A stretch of 62,898 nt of DNA, counting the filler, from Craspedostauros australis (taxonomy: Eukaryota): the NCBI GenBank assembly GCA_030167865.1. It is 5 parts of 5 records of this genome, joined end to end, with 100 filler letters (N's around TTAATTAATTAA, not from the genome) between each part and the next. Parts side by side here need not be neighbours in the genome. Positions count along the whole stretch, not along the records: positions 1 to 22,249 come from JALAGF010006063.1; 4 more parts are not named here. The stretch is one strand, 5' to 3'. The notes beneath the pieces were generated by a model. That model made no database searches and was not told the origin of the DNA. It worked only from the letters and a program-made list of their open reading frames with translations. Of the stretch, positions 11,053 through 22,305 are shown piece after piece (the stretch's first letter is position 1; every line of letters starts with the position of its first letter). Made by a program: the position numbers and the translations under genes.

Positions 11053-14000
11053 CTACTTCTCGAGTTCTGTGTACCACTGCACCGTCACTGACGAACGGCC
11101 CGCGCCACGCAGGATCGCTTCCTGCAACGGCGCTTCGTCCCGCAGCCGCAACACCATCCGCAGCAATGTCTCGTTACGCTTGTTGCAGACATTGACATCG
11201 ACCTTGCCCGACGACACCAGAAGGTTCACGATGTCCAGCGCGCTCTTCCTGCACGCATACCAAATCGGCACGTTGCCGTCGTCATCGCGGACGTTGCAAT
11301 CGATCGCCTCTTGGTTCATCAGGGTCGCCACGATATCAAAATGGTCCTGCTGGCAAGCCAGGTGCAACGACGTCTGGCCGTCGCGATTTTGCAGGTTGAC
11401 GTCGTCGCGATTGGATTGCAGATTCAGCAGCAGCCTTGCGATCTCGGCATGACCAGCTTTGCTGGCGTGATGCAACGGGGCCATGCCGTTCATGTTCTGG
11501 ATGCTGACATCAAGCGCGAAGGTTGATAGCATGTACGTGACGATTTCCAAGTGTCCTTCGATGCAGGCACAGTGGAGCGCCGTGTTGCCTTCGTTGTTCT
11601 GCACGTTCGCGATCGTGTGCATCCCCGCAGGTCGGGCTGGCGACGGTGTTCGCGGTTCGTTCATTGGTTTGGGTTGGGGAGAAGCGTCTGGCGCGATCGC
11701 GGGTGGCATATCCCTCTTGTTGTCGTCGTTGCTGCTGTTGTTGTTGTCGCTGTTGCCATCGTCGCTGTTGATGCCATTTTCGGTATTGCGGCTGATGTTG
11801 CTCCTGCTTTTCGGGTCATCAACTTCCGCAGATCCCGAACCGTCTGTCAACCATTGCAGAACATCGAGATGACACACTTTGCAGGCATCATGGAGCACCG
11901 TGTTGCCCTTGTGGTTCTGGATGACGGTGTCAACTTTGGGAGACGACATCAGCAGCTTGATCACATCCATGTTCCGGTGGCTGCATGCATGGTGGAAGGG
12001 TGAGTCGCCCATGATGTTTCGAGCGTTGACATCAACCTGAAAGACGTCTGCATGGATCAGAATCTCGACGCATTGGCGACATCCAACTGCACATGCCACA
12101 TGCAGTGGGGTATCACCACTGTTATTCCCGGCGTTGGCATCGACGCGCTTGGACTTGATCAACCGTCCGACGATATCTGGCCTCGCATTGACGCAAGCAA
12201 TATGGAGGATCGTGTTCCCATTGGGATCTCGTTGTTGGATGCCGACCTCAGTCCCTTTGAGAAAGTAATCGATGATACACGTGTGGCCATTCTTGCAGGC
12301 GCTGAAGAGGGGTGTGGACCCATCAATATCGTGGATACTGAAGGTCTCGTGATCGATGATAGTATCATGGTTGCCGCCACCAGTCAACGCCTTCACCATC
12401 TCCAAGTCCCCTTGCGCGCATGCATAATAAAGTGCCACGCGACCGCTGTGGTCCTGGATGCTCACATCGACACCTTGTCCACTCGGCAGATCCAAGAGGT
12501 ACTCGACCACATGCACGTGTCGCTTCTCAGATGCAAGGTGCAATCCTGTCTTTCCAAGGCAGTCTTGCGCATCGATCGGAGACTTTGCCGGGGCGTTCCC
12601 GTTCGTATTCACGCCCATGCCCATGTTGATGACTGCGTGGTTCCATGCGTCAGGATGCGTAACAACGCCTTGGCTGTCCACTTGACACGGCGACGCTGTG
12701 GTTGCGTGATTATCATCGATTCCGACAGGCAGTTCGGCTTCCGAGCCGCTGAACACGAGCTGCTGTTGTGCTGACAATGGAATTATTGGATGAGGACGAC
12801 TCCGGTTTGGGTACACGGAGTATCGCGTGGACGCTGATCCCGCCTGGGTCCCCTGTTGCATCAACGCAGAAAGTACCTCGTCCCGCTCCGTGAGAGGTTG
12901 GGAGTTGGCGAATTTCTGGTCTTGGACGCTCATGACGTGATGTGGCATGTGGTGGGTTTGCTGGCGCAGGTTTTGAACACCGGCAGCTTTGACGTTGGCT
13001 TCGACCAAGTACTTCACCACATCCAAGTGACCATTCTCGCACGCCATGTGGAACCCAGTCTTGCGCGATCGATCGTGGCGGAGGACATCTGCAGTGGTGT
13101 GAGATACCAACAAATCAACGATGCGTGAACGCCCGGTTTCGCAGGCGTAATGGAATGGTGTCTTGCCATTCACATCGTAGCAATTCATGTCGATGGAAAG
13201 TTGGACCTGACCGTGCGGAGTGGGAGACGGCATCACCAGCTGCTCCAGGAAATCTAGGCAACCGTACCAACAAGCAAGATGCATCACCGTTTGCCCGTTT
13301 GAGTCGGAGACGTTCGGTAGCACCTCCGCGAGCTTGAAGCACGTGAGCAATGGCTTGCACTCGTAGCTCTGTGCGAATCCTTGAAACGCTGCATGCAAGA
13401 TTGTCTCGTTCCGATGATTCCTGGCGTTGATGTCGAAGTTGAACTCAGGGCCCGCGTCCTCCAGGAGGAACTTGATGAAATCCCAGCTTCCCTGCCTGCA
13501 GGCGAAGTGCAGGGGAGTGTCTCCGTTGTTGTCGGGGATGTTGACATCGATGTTGCGAAAGAAACCGCTGTTATTCACGTGGAATGTGAGCATGTTGGTG
13601 ATCAGCTTCATCTCATCCGCCGCACACGCGAGGTGAAAAGGTGTGGCCCCAGTGTGGTCCTGGACGTTGCAGTCGATGCTGTTCGAAGCGCGCAGCTTCT
13701 TTAAGATGGGGTAGTTCTCTTCACCGACGGCGAGGTGCAGCACTGTCTTGCCGTCGTTTCCGGGGATGTTCACGTCCACCCTCGGGTCCTGGATCAGCAA
13801 TTCAACGATATCGAGATGGTTGCCGAGCACCCCGTCATATTCGACGCAGGCGAGGTACAGCGGCGTCTGACCTTCACTGGCCCGAACGTTGGGATCTGCG
13901 TTCGTATTGGCAACGAGAAATGACGCCACCTCGAAGCGACCTTCCTTGCAAGCGAGGTGCAACGCTGTCTCCTGCTTGTGGTTGCGAGCATCGATGTGAA

Positions 14001-14553
14001 CTTGAGGGCATCCCACAAGGTACTGGGCAACATTTTCGTGGCCGTAGAAGCTGGAAAGATGAAGCGGCATATTGCCTTCGTTGTTTTGGGCCGAAGGATC
14101 TGCGCCATGATCATGAACCAAGCGCCGAACAATATGGACATGTCCCCTTTTGGCGGCATAATGCAGCGCTTGTTCGCATTCCTCATTCCGGGCGTCCATG
14201 GGTAGCCCGAAGTTGGCAATGATGTGATCGACGATTCGAAGATGCCCAGCGAATGCCGCGAGATGCAGCATGGTCTCCTGTTCTTTGGTGCGCATGTTGG
14301 TGTCGGCCGCGCAATCCTTCACAAGATGATTGATGATGGGAATGCAGTCGTACAGACAGGCGATGTGCAGCAATGTCTCTCCCTTCGCATTCTGTTTGTC
14401 GATGATCAGTTTGTGCCATCCTCTTCCTGACGCCGTGTCGGCTGATTGGATTGCCCTCGTGTATTTGATGAGGCCATTGAGATCACCATTTCGAACAGCA
14501 AGTTGGGCTTCTGCGAATTTCGGATCTTCTTCTGCTGCCGTCGCCGTTGCCAT
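11053..14553 (-). CDS. Large ankyrin-repeat protein (over 20 repeats in three blocks)
   Basis: Many G.TPLH.AC/TALH.A motifs. Low-complexity linkers at roughly 12600-12950 and 11620-11830 separate the blocks. Start placed at MATATAAEED (14553); the ORF is open to 14715. Confidence 0.92.
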   Translation of the reverse strand: MATATAAEEDPKFAEAQLAVRNGDLNGLIKYTRAIQSADTASGRGWHKLIIDKQNAKGETLLHIACLYDCIPIINHLVKDCAADTNMRTKEQETMLHLAAFAGHLRIVDHIIANFGLPMDARNEECEQALHYAAKRGHVHIVRRLVHDHGADPSAQNNEGNMPLHLSSFYGHENVAQYLVGCPQVHIDARNHKQETALHLACKEGRFEVASFLVANTNADPNVRASEGQTPLYLACVEYDGVLGNHLDIVELLIQDPRVDVNIPGNDGKTVLHLAVGEENYPILKKLRASNSIDCNVQDHTGATPFHLACAADEMKLITNMLTFHVNNSGFFRNIDVNIPDNNGDTPLHFACRQGSWDFIKFLLEDAGPEFNFDINARNHRNETILHAAFQGFAQSYECKPLLTCFKLAEVLPNVSDSNGQTVMHLACWYGCLDFLEQLVMPSPTPHGQVQLSIDMNCYDVNGKTPFHYACETGRSRIVDLLVSHTTADVLRHDRSRKTGFHMACENGHLDVVKYLVEANVKAAGVQNLRQQTHHMPHHVMSVQDQKFANSQPLTERDEVLSALMQQGTQAGSASTRYSVYPNRSRPHPIIPLSAQQQLVFSGSEAELPVGIDDNHATTASPCQVDSQGVVTHPDAWNHAVINMGMGVNTNGNAPAKSPIDAQDCLGKTGLHLASEKRHVHVVEYLLDLPSGQGVDVSIQDHSGRVALYYACAQGDLEMVKALTGGGNHDTIIDHETFSIHDIDGSTPLFSACKNGHTCIIDYFLKGTEVGIQQRDPNGNTILHIACVNARPDIVGRLIKSKRVDANAGNNSGDTPLHVACAVGCRQCVEILIHADVFQVDVNARNIMGDSPFHHACSHRNMDVIKLLMSSPKVDTVIQNHKGNTVLHDACKVCHLDVLQWLTDGSGSAEVDDPKSRSNISRNTENGINSDDGNSDNNNSSNDDNKRDMPPAIAPDASPQPKPMNEPRTPSPARPAGMHTIANVQNNEGNTALHCACIEGHLEIVTYMLSTFALDVSIQNMNGMAPLHHASKAGHAEIARLLLNLQSNRDDVNLQNRDGQTSLHLACQQDHFDIVATLMNQEAIDCNVRDDDGNVPIWYACRKSALDIVNLLVSSGKVDVNVCNKRNETLLRMVLRLRDEAPLQEAILRGAGRSSVTVQWYTELEK

Positions 14554-17500
14554 GTTGTACCGTTGATACCGATGAGGAGGAGGAGGAAGGTGTACGGCAA
14601 GGTCGAAATACAAGTTCATCTTCAGTTGATCCGAGATGGTCCGGGTTGTATGTGGTGGCGATAGCGATGCGAAAGTGATGTGATTATTGCTGTCTCGACC
14701 GATGATGGTGTTCAACTCGGAGCTGGTGGTTTCGCAGGGTTGATGGGTAGGATGATATGCACGTACAACTACTTGTATGTTAGGATGTGAAGTAGGATGT
14801 TGGTGGAGAATGCCATTGCTGTCACAGCTAAAGGCGGGTTGCTACGGAGAAAGGGGGAGAGAGAGAGAGAGAGGGAAAGAGATGTTTCATGCTGATGCTC
14901 CTCGGGGTGGATGCGCACGAGGGTATTGCTTCCGCATGGTAAGTTGGGATCGATGACATTCCATGATTGGAATACAATGATGTACATGGTATGATTGGGA
15001 AAGAGCAGCATGTGTGCAGACGCAGATGCAGATGGAGGCGAGGTCCACTTTGATTCGATGGTGAAGTCATTCGGGAAAAGAGTCAAGGCTTTGTGGCACG
15101 ATTCAAGATTGGCCTTCCGCATGGTCCTTCTCAGACATTGCCGCTGTTGGGACATGATGTCAACGCTCTGTCGTGTCTTGTGTTGTGTTGAAATTGTGGC
15201 GTTTCTTTGTCGGCTGCGCTATCACCGCGAATCGAGAGGGGTGCGACCAACAAGATGTGGAGTCTTTTGCAATTCATGAACATCGAGGGAGACATCATGG
15301 GAACGCCACGGGGAGCAACGGGAGGGGTGACGAAGCCGCCCGCCGCACCCTGGAAGAGGGCTTCTCGAAATGGTGGTCGGTCGAGACACCAGTGGCAGGG
15401 TATTCTGCTCTGGGGTGTACTCTATAACCACGGAAATCCGCCCAGCTCTCCACCCACAGTTTGTACAGAGTCTTCATATCTTCTTTGAGGACCCCAAGCA
15501 AGGGAGGATAACAATTGTGTGAGTCGTTCAATTACTCTGTCGTTGCGACGAATGCTCTCACCTGTTGTTTTCGCGTCTTTGTTCCAAGCGAGGCCAGAGG
15601 GCATGAGATGTGGTGGCGTGGGATGTTTGTCAGGGGGTTGTTGCTGTCTTACATGTTGATGCGGATGTTACTTGTTGCTGTCTGACGGGTTGTGGTTGCT
15701 GTTCCTCTTGCTGTTGCAGTTGCTTCGCGATTCAACGCACAATATGAATTATAAGTACCATATTCGGACATGGTACCGGGCACAGAAGGACAGGGAGTCC
15801 GTGTTGCATCAGGTTGCTAACCACCTCATCGCATCCTGTGCAGTTTGTTCTCTACTGTCTTCCATGTGCACTATTAAATGAATGACATATTTGTGGGCTT
15901 TGCATTAGAGAACTAATAACATCTTCGAGCGCGTCTCTATTCAAAAAGATATACCCTGTAGACTTGTACGTGCACCAATCAGTCACGCTGGACAACGCGA
16001 ACAATCATCACTTTTTGTGCGTCGCAAAATAATGCGATCAGAGCGGCGAACGACTCACAAACGGCTCAGTCTCCGTCTCTTCCGACTCTGCCGGGTCCTT
16101 GTTCGGCTCAGGGTATTGAGCAATACTGAGATTGCATCATCCTCAGCCTTCCTCGCGCAGTAGTCTTGAGGTACGTGGTAGAATAGTACAATGCAGCTCT
16201 GACCATGACAATGAACACCATGAGCACCCATCATCTGTCTGTGAACTGATCTCTCTCCGAGTACACGTATGAGTATGCAGGAGAGATGGTGTCTTCAGCG
16301 TGGTATTGGAGTTGTGCGTGGCATGATCGCATCGCGCAACCGGAGGCGTGTCGTCAAGTTGCACGATGATTCACCTACGAGTACTGCCAGAGATGAAAAC
16401 ACCCATCTCCGTATGAAGGCATTGGTTGTGATAGCTCCATTCATGTCTGCTCAAGCATGGTATTGTCCTTCTTGGGATGGCAAATCGAGGTTCGGACGAT
16501 TCCTGTGGCTGTCCCTGGAGTGCTGACAATGAAAAACGAATGCGTCAGATGGCGTTGCTCATGATGTTGCCGATCATGATGTTGCCGATCATGATGTCAA
16601 ATACTTTTGGATGCCGCCATGGTTGCCGTAGTCGTGACGTCCTTCGGAATGTTGCCTTCCAGAAAGATTCCTCTCTCGACCATGGCGCAAAAGTTGGAGA
16701 GTGGGGATGGCTACGGTTTACTATTTATCTGTCGGCGTCATATATGTGCATGAGAAAGTGCGATGGACTAAAAAGCGCCGGCTTGCCTGCACGGCCGTAC
16801 CCACAGCATTTCTCATCCACCAAAGTCTCGCGTTTTGGCAACACAAGACAGAATCGAATGAAGCAGAGCGCCTGCATTTTGTTGTGGAGTACGGCATGTC
16901 GGAGCGAATGGTCAGCGCGATTGGAGGAAGGTGCTGCCGAGCATCGGGGAAGTTCTGTTTGTGTTGGCAACGTGGTTTCGATAAACTGCACATGAGTATG
17001 AATCCCCTGGGCTGAGGTCGAAAGTGCCTGGGTATGGCGTAGTCGCGTGGAGACTCAGAGGTTGGGGCTTGTGCGACAGGAAAGCTGCATACGACCATAC
17101 ACCATGCAACAAGGTTCCGGAGGAGGCAGGGCACATGCCATACCAGACGTGTGCTCGTCCTCGTCCTCGTGCCGTGGTCGGACCACACCCGTTTGTGGAC
17201 CGAAACAACCATGATCTGGTTCTAACAGACAGCAACAAGAGGTGAATAAATGTACCATACCCCAACTGTCGAGTGCAGGATGACGGTATGCTCTGGATGG
17301 ATGTGAAGCCATCCATTGGACTGACAAACCGTGTTTCCTTGCGCCACGCTCGTACTCGTACGAATAGTATGTAGTTGTATGGTATGGTAGTCGTACGAGA
17401 ACTATACATGCGCAGCAAGACATGGCGGCCCTTTGCGATTAGTGAAACAACACAAGCGATTCCAAACCAGATAGAGAGTAGCTGCGATCATTCATGATGC

Positions 17501-17866
17501 GGCCAGTCCATAGCGCATGATACGAACTACCCCGTGCCAGCGTGGTACACACCTGAATACGGGCACGAGCAGACGTTCGTCACCATTCGTGAGATCCTCT
17601 GCGGATACGATCGTACTCCTGCGTGCTCGCGTGTGCTCCACCACCACAGAACAGAGCACCAACATGTAGTACTGTACTCTCGAGCACCAACATGTGGGGA
17701 ATCAACGAAATCAAAACTGCTGTGCTTTCCTACGATTATATAATATTATACATTTGGCATGTGTAATATACATAGTCGTGATAGACCACGACATAGTATA
17801 CACGCACATGCAAGTATGATGCTCGCATTATATGTACGAGTATGGTACAACATGTCGGGGCTCTGG

Positions 17867-19579
17867 TTAGGTCGCTTGCAAGGCCATCGGGAATCCGAAA
17901 GTGCGCTGAATCTCCGCGACGATGTCAGGTGTGCTGGTTTCCATCATGTTCTGCGTTGCGATTTGGAAGCGTGGTCCAAACGGCAGTTTGGTTGACCCGG
18001 TTGGCTTGGGCATGTTAAGACTCTGGACGGCGCTGAGCATTGTAGAAGAGAGCTTGGTGGTGTTGTCCGTTTGGGAGACATCGCCGAAGGATCCCATGGA
18101 GAGATCCTCGACGTCGTCACAGGATGGAAAGTAGCTATTGCTGCTGTCGTCATCGCTGCCTTGGCGCCCTTTGTGGTTGAGGAGGGTATCCCTCCGTTGT
18201 CTCTGTGACCCATCACGGCTTGTGTTTGAAATTTGAGTGTGGTTGGTGGTATCCATTGATGTGGTTGGTTCCAAGCCGTGACTAGTGATCATCCGCATGT
18301 CCATGCTGATGGGTGTGCCCATGTTTGTGCCTGTGGTGACATAGAGGTTCATGTCGGTGCCCATGCTCAGAGTCAGAGCACGGCTGTTCGATTGCAGTTC
18401 ATGCAGGGGCAGCGTGTTGTTGAAAATGCTGATTCTGCGATCGGGATCGGTACTTTGGAACCCAGCGCCGCTCATGTCCTTGAATCCCTGCTGTTGCGAC
18501 TGGAATGGGTTGGCACGTGGGGATATACTATTTGCCGGCTGCATGGAAGTAGCCGTAGCCGTAGCAGTAAGAGTAGAAGCAGTCGTTGTTGTGGCCATGC
18601 GGTTCTTTCCAAAGAGGTCAGACGCACTGGGTTGCGATGGCGGTGCCGTTGAGCAGTCGTTACCCATGAGGGGCATCATGTCCGTTGGTAGATCCATGCG
18701 GTTGATCGCCACCTGTTGCTTTCCACTGACGCAGTGAATGCTCCTTGTCTTGGCAGCCCCGTCGCTGCTGTTGTCCTTGGTGGCATATCTATTGGTGGTG
18801 GCATTGGTGAATCTTGTCTTGCTGGCATCGTTGCTGGCATCTTTGTCCTTGCGGCCGCTCCTGCCGGTGCTGGCCGCAGAAGGCTTTCGCTTGCAACGCA
18901 CTCGGGTCATGGTGTGCGACAGCTCGACCTTGTCGCGCACGAAGGATGGATGCCCGTATGCTCCGCGATCGGGGCCACTCGGGGCTCGGTCGAAACCGTA
19001 GAGGTTGAGCTGCCGCGTGAAGGACTTGTACTTCGATGTTGTGAAGTAGATGGGTAAGATCTCCTTTTCGAAGGCCTTGCGCTGGTTGATGCGGAACTTG
19101 GTGCCGCTCTCTGTCCATGAAACGATGTGGCTGAAGCCTTTCCTCTTGGCTTCCTTGAGCATGCCGTGCAGGCGGAGGGGGAAGCTGAACATCAGCTTCT
19201 TGGACTTTACATCGTCTTCGGCGGTGTTGGGCGAAGTTTGCATGGCCATCTGGCTTCCCGCTCCGACCTCGTTCGGGCTTCCATTCTCGGTCTTCGTCGT
19301 GGCGCCTGTCTTGTTCAGCTTTGGTCTGCGGTTAGGCCTCTGGTTAGGTCTGTGCTTCGGCACCTGGTTGGGACGACGCTGGCTGCTGTCATCTCCGATC
19401 AAGTCCTTGGCGTTGAAGGTCATCTTGGCGTTGGGGCCGGACACGATGGGTGAAGGCGAGGACTTGCGGACCTCCGACATGCTCGATGCCTCCGATATGA
19501 GCGACGCTGAAGATACCGTGCCTGCTGGTGGCGCCACTGTTGTGTTTGGGGCAAGGTTGGGCCAGTCTGTGTTCATCAT
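17867..19579 (-). CDS. Heat shock transcription factor (HSF-type DNA-binding domain)
   Basis: FPLRLHGMLKEA...IVSWTESGTKFRI...FEKEILPIYFTTSKYKSFTRQLNLYGF is a canonical HSF DNA-binding domain. The rest is low-complexity with no obvious heptad region. Confidence 0.95.
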   Translation of the reverse strand: MMNTDWPNLAPNTTVAPPAGTVSSASLISEASSMSEVRKSSPSPIVSGPNAKMTFNAKDLIGDDSSQRRPNQVPKHRPNQRPNRRPKLNKTGATTKTENGSPNEVGAGSQMAMQTSPNTAEDDVKSKKLMFSFPLRLHGMLKEAKRKGFSHIVSWTESGTKFRINQRKAFEKEILPIYFTTSKYKSFTRQLNLYGFDRAPSGPDRGAYGHPSFVRDKVELSHTMTRVRCKRKPSAASTGRSGRKDKDASNDASKTRFTNATTNRYATKDNSSDGAAKTRSIHCVSGKQQVAINRMDLPTDMMPLMGNDCSTAPPSQPSASDLFGKNRMATTTTASTLTATATATSMQPANSISPRANPFQSQQQGFKDMSGAGFQSTDPDRRISIFNNTLPLHELQSNSRALTLSMGTDMNLYVTTGTNMGTPISMDMRMITSHGLEPTTSMDTTNHTQISNTSRDGSQRQRRDTLLNHKGRQGSDDDSSNSYFPSCDDVEDLSMGSFGDVSQTDNTTKLSSTMLSAVQSLNMPKPTGSTKLPFGPRFQIATQNMMETSTPDIVAEIQRTFGFPMALQAT

Positions 19580-19627
19580 TGGATGTCTGTGATTGTTGCT
19601 CTGATGGCTTGACCTCTGGCTCGTGCG

Positions 19628-19706
19628 GAATGGAGTGGAGTGAAATGCAGTGAAATGGAGTGGAGTGAAGTCAAGTCAAGTCAAATAGAGTCAAGTGAAG
19701 TCAAGA
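19628..19706. repeat. Degenerate pentamer repeats (GGAGT/GAAAT/CAAGT) just upstream of the HSF start
   Basis: gaatggagtggagtgaaatgcagtgaaatggagtggagtgaagtcaagtcaagtcaa. Confidence 0.75.
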
Positions 19707-22293
19707 CTATGGCTGCGTACTCGTACAAGTGTGGGGATGAAGGAGGCAGCTGAAGATGCAGACGTCTGATTTGTGAGAAGAGTGCGAGGAGCAATGTGGT
19801 GACAAACCACGAGTCCCACACGCAACCCAACACATGTCCTTCTTCTCGCCGACCTGCAGAGAGAGACGACGCAACGTGGCAGGGCCCGCACGGAACGGAG
19901 CGGTAACACATACTCAGACGAGGCAAGGCAATAGCCACCACTGTGGAACACAAGCACAGCAAACACCACGCAAATAGGTTCACCAACCGGACACACCTCA
20001 CCCCTCTTGTGGGCGGACTCTCGCACAAAGGCTTATGGCGAAATTGCACCAAGACAGTCTCACCCACAGTACTCGAACCAACGGTATGGTACTGGAGTGT
20101 ACATGAATGCGTACAAGTACACGCGAAAAACAGAAACGGCCGCTCTCTTCCAGGTGTGTATTGCAGCGGAGGGACAGCTTCCCCCTTTGGGTACTCGCGT
20201 CACGACGGGCCAGTGTTACTCGCAACCACGCCAGTACAGAGAAGATTCAATTCCCAAAGCCCTTGTTGTTGTGCGCTTGCCGGTTGCTGGGCAACGATGA
20301 CATTTTCTGTGAACGCCGTATGGACAGTAATTTCGGAAGGTTGGTAGCATGAAATGTTTAACAGATGATTGGTATCACAGCACGTTAAGTAAGGAGGCAT
20401 GCATATTCGTTGGAGTTCCACCATGGATGAGTTCTTGTGCGTGGTAAACACTGTGTCATGATGGGAAAGAGGTACAAACGCCAGTCAGCAATTCACAAAC
20501 GATCGTTCAGTCTATGATCAGGCGCGAAGGCTAATGAGTCGGGAGATGTCACGACGAAACAAGATGGTCGTGTTCCTTGTGTTGGTCCACAAAGATCACG
20601 CCCAACGCATCAGCAATGCACAAAAGCTCGCACTGGACGAAGGGCGCGCAAAGCAGCTCAGTTCCATTTCGCCACCTCTGTGTGGTTCCTCCGCACGCGG
20701 AGAGATCCGTGGCCTTTGACATACGGTTCACCTCTCATCGACAACGAAATGTCCCTATGTAACTGGAACCTCTCAGTACCACAGTCCTACGTGCGCATCG
20801 GTGCCCTTCCTCAAGGTTGGAACTCTGTTGAGCAGAACGGACGCGCCTGCGAGGGAAGTGTGTGTGGGGCTTTATTCTATCATTGTTCACTCAACAGAAT
20901 GAAAAACCGTATTCGTGAGCCGTGAGTGGTCAGCAAAATATCCATGAGGACAGATTCTGTCTGGGGAGACCAAAAATGGCCATTTTGGGCTCAGGAGACA
21001 AAGTTACCCGGAGGTTCGCCAAAATCCGGTCTGAGGAGACAATTTTCANNNNNNNNNNNNNNNNNNNNNNNNNNNNNNNNNNNNNNNNNNNNNNNNNNNN
21101 NNNNNNNNNNNNNNNNNNNNNNNGTTCTGACATCTCCTCCTCCAAGATTTTCTTCATCGTCATTGTTTCTTCGCTTTCCTCCAGATGGCAACAACCCTCC
21201 CTCTCCAATCTCCTTGCCTGCTGTGGTTCATTTCATCCCATCATCAACCTCGCACCTCCTTGCTTATCATTCGCAGCATCCCCCATACTGCCTNNNNNNN
21301 NNNNNNNNNNNNNNNNNNNNNNNNNNNNNNNNNNNNNNNNNNNATGCTGATTGGTACTGATGGGTGGATAGAGAAAACTAGTAATGATGGAAATGAACTG
21401 AGCAGGAGGAGTGCAAGAAGGTGACAACCGCAGAAAAGCAAAACTCGATTTGGCGGCAAAATGTGAGGAGATTGGTGACATGTGACGAGAGTCAAATTTG
21501 AATTTGAATGGTAACGTCNNNNNNNNNNNNNNNNNNNNNNNNNNNNNNNNNNNNNNNNNNNNNNNNNNNNNNNNNNNNNNNNNNNNNNNNNNNNNNNNNN
21601 NNNNNNNNNNNNNNNNNNNNNNNNNNNNNNNNNNNNNNNNNCGTTGTTTGCATCGGAAAAGCTAATCAATGCCTTGCGATCATCACGGAGCAGTGTTCAT
21701 ATTCGACCAAGAGGACCGTAAATCTACAAAGGTGGATAACAATTAAAAGAAGGCATTAAAGCAAAATCGGCGTCCACTGCGATTCTTATATTTTTCTCTA
21801 GTTTATGAATATGTGGGTGGTTTGGTTGAAATCCCCGCAAGTTGCCACCCCTCCAGGACCGACTGCAGGTCCCGTCACACAACCGGGTCATAGGATTTTG
21901 CGGTCGAATACTTCGACTAAAAGAAACTCTGCCAGCTCTTCGTTCTGACATCTCCTCCTCCAAGATTTTCTTCATCGTCATTGTTTCTTCGCTTTCCTCC
22001 AGATGGCAACAACCCTCCCTCTCCAATCTCCTTGCCTGCTGTGGTTCATTTCATCCCATCATCAACCTCGCACCTCCTTGCTTATCATTCGCAGCATCCC
22101 CCATACTGCCTTCTTCTTCCAGCTTGCCTTCTTCGATACGTCAACTTCATCATGGCATCTTCTCTTCCGCCTGATGCTCCCAATGCCAATGACGACTTGC
22201 CCACAGCTTCCACTCCACTTGCAACAACCGGCCATGGCAATGTCTCTCCNNNNNNNNNNNNNNNNNNNNNNNNNNNNNNNNNNNNNNNNNNNN

Positions 22294-22305
22294 TTAATTA
22301 ATTAA
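22294..22305. other. Artificial contig-joining linker TTAATTAATTAA flanked by Ns
   Basis: The same 12-mer, with stops in all six frames, sits inside N runs four times. Confidence 0.95.

Noticed and set aside
6504..16130. Short hairpins near 6504-6528 and 16107-16130 as Helitron 3' ends or terminators
   Set aside because: No CTRR terminus at the expected distance and no Rep/helicase nearby; stems are short enough to be chance.
22294..22305. TTAA-based motif as a piggyBac target site or biological palindrome
   Set aside because: Always embedded in Ns and identical four times, so it is an assembly spacer.
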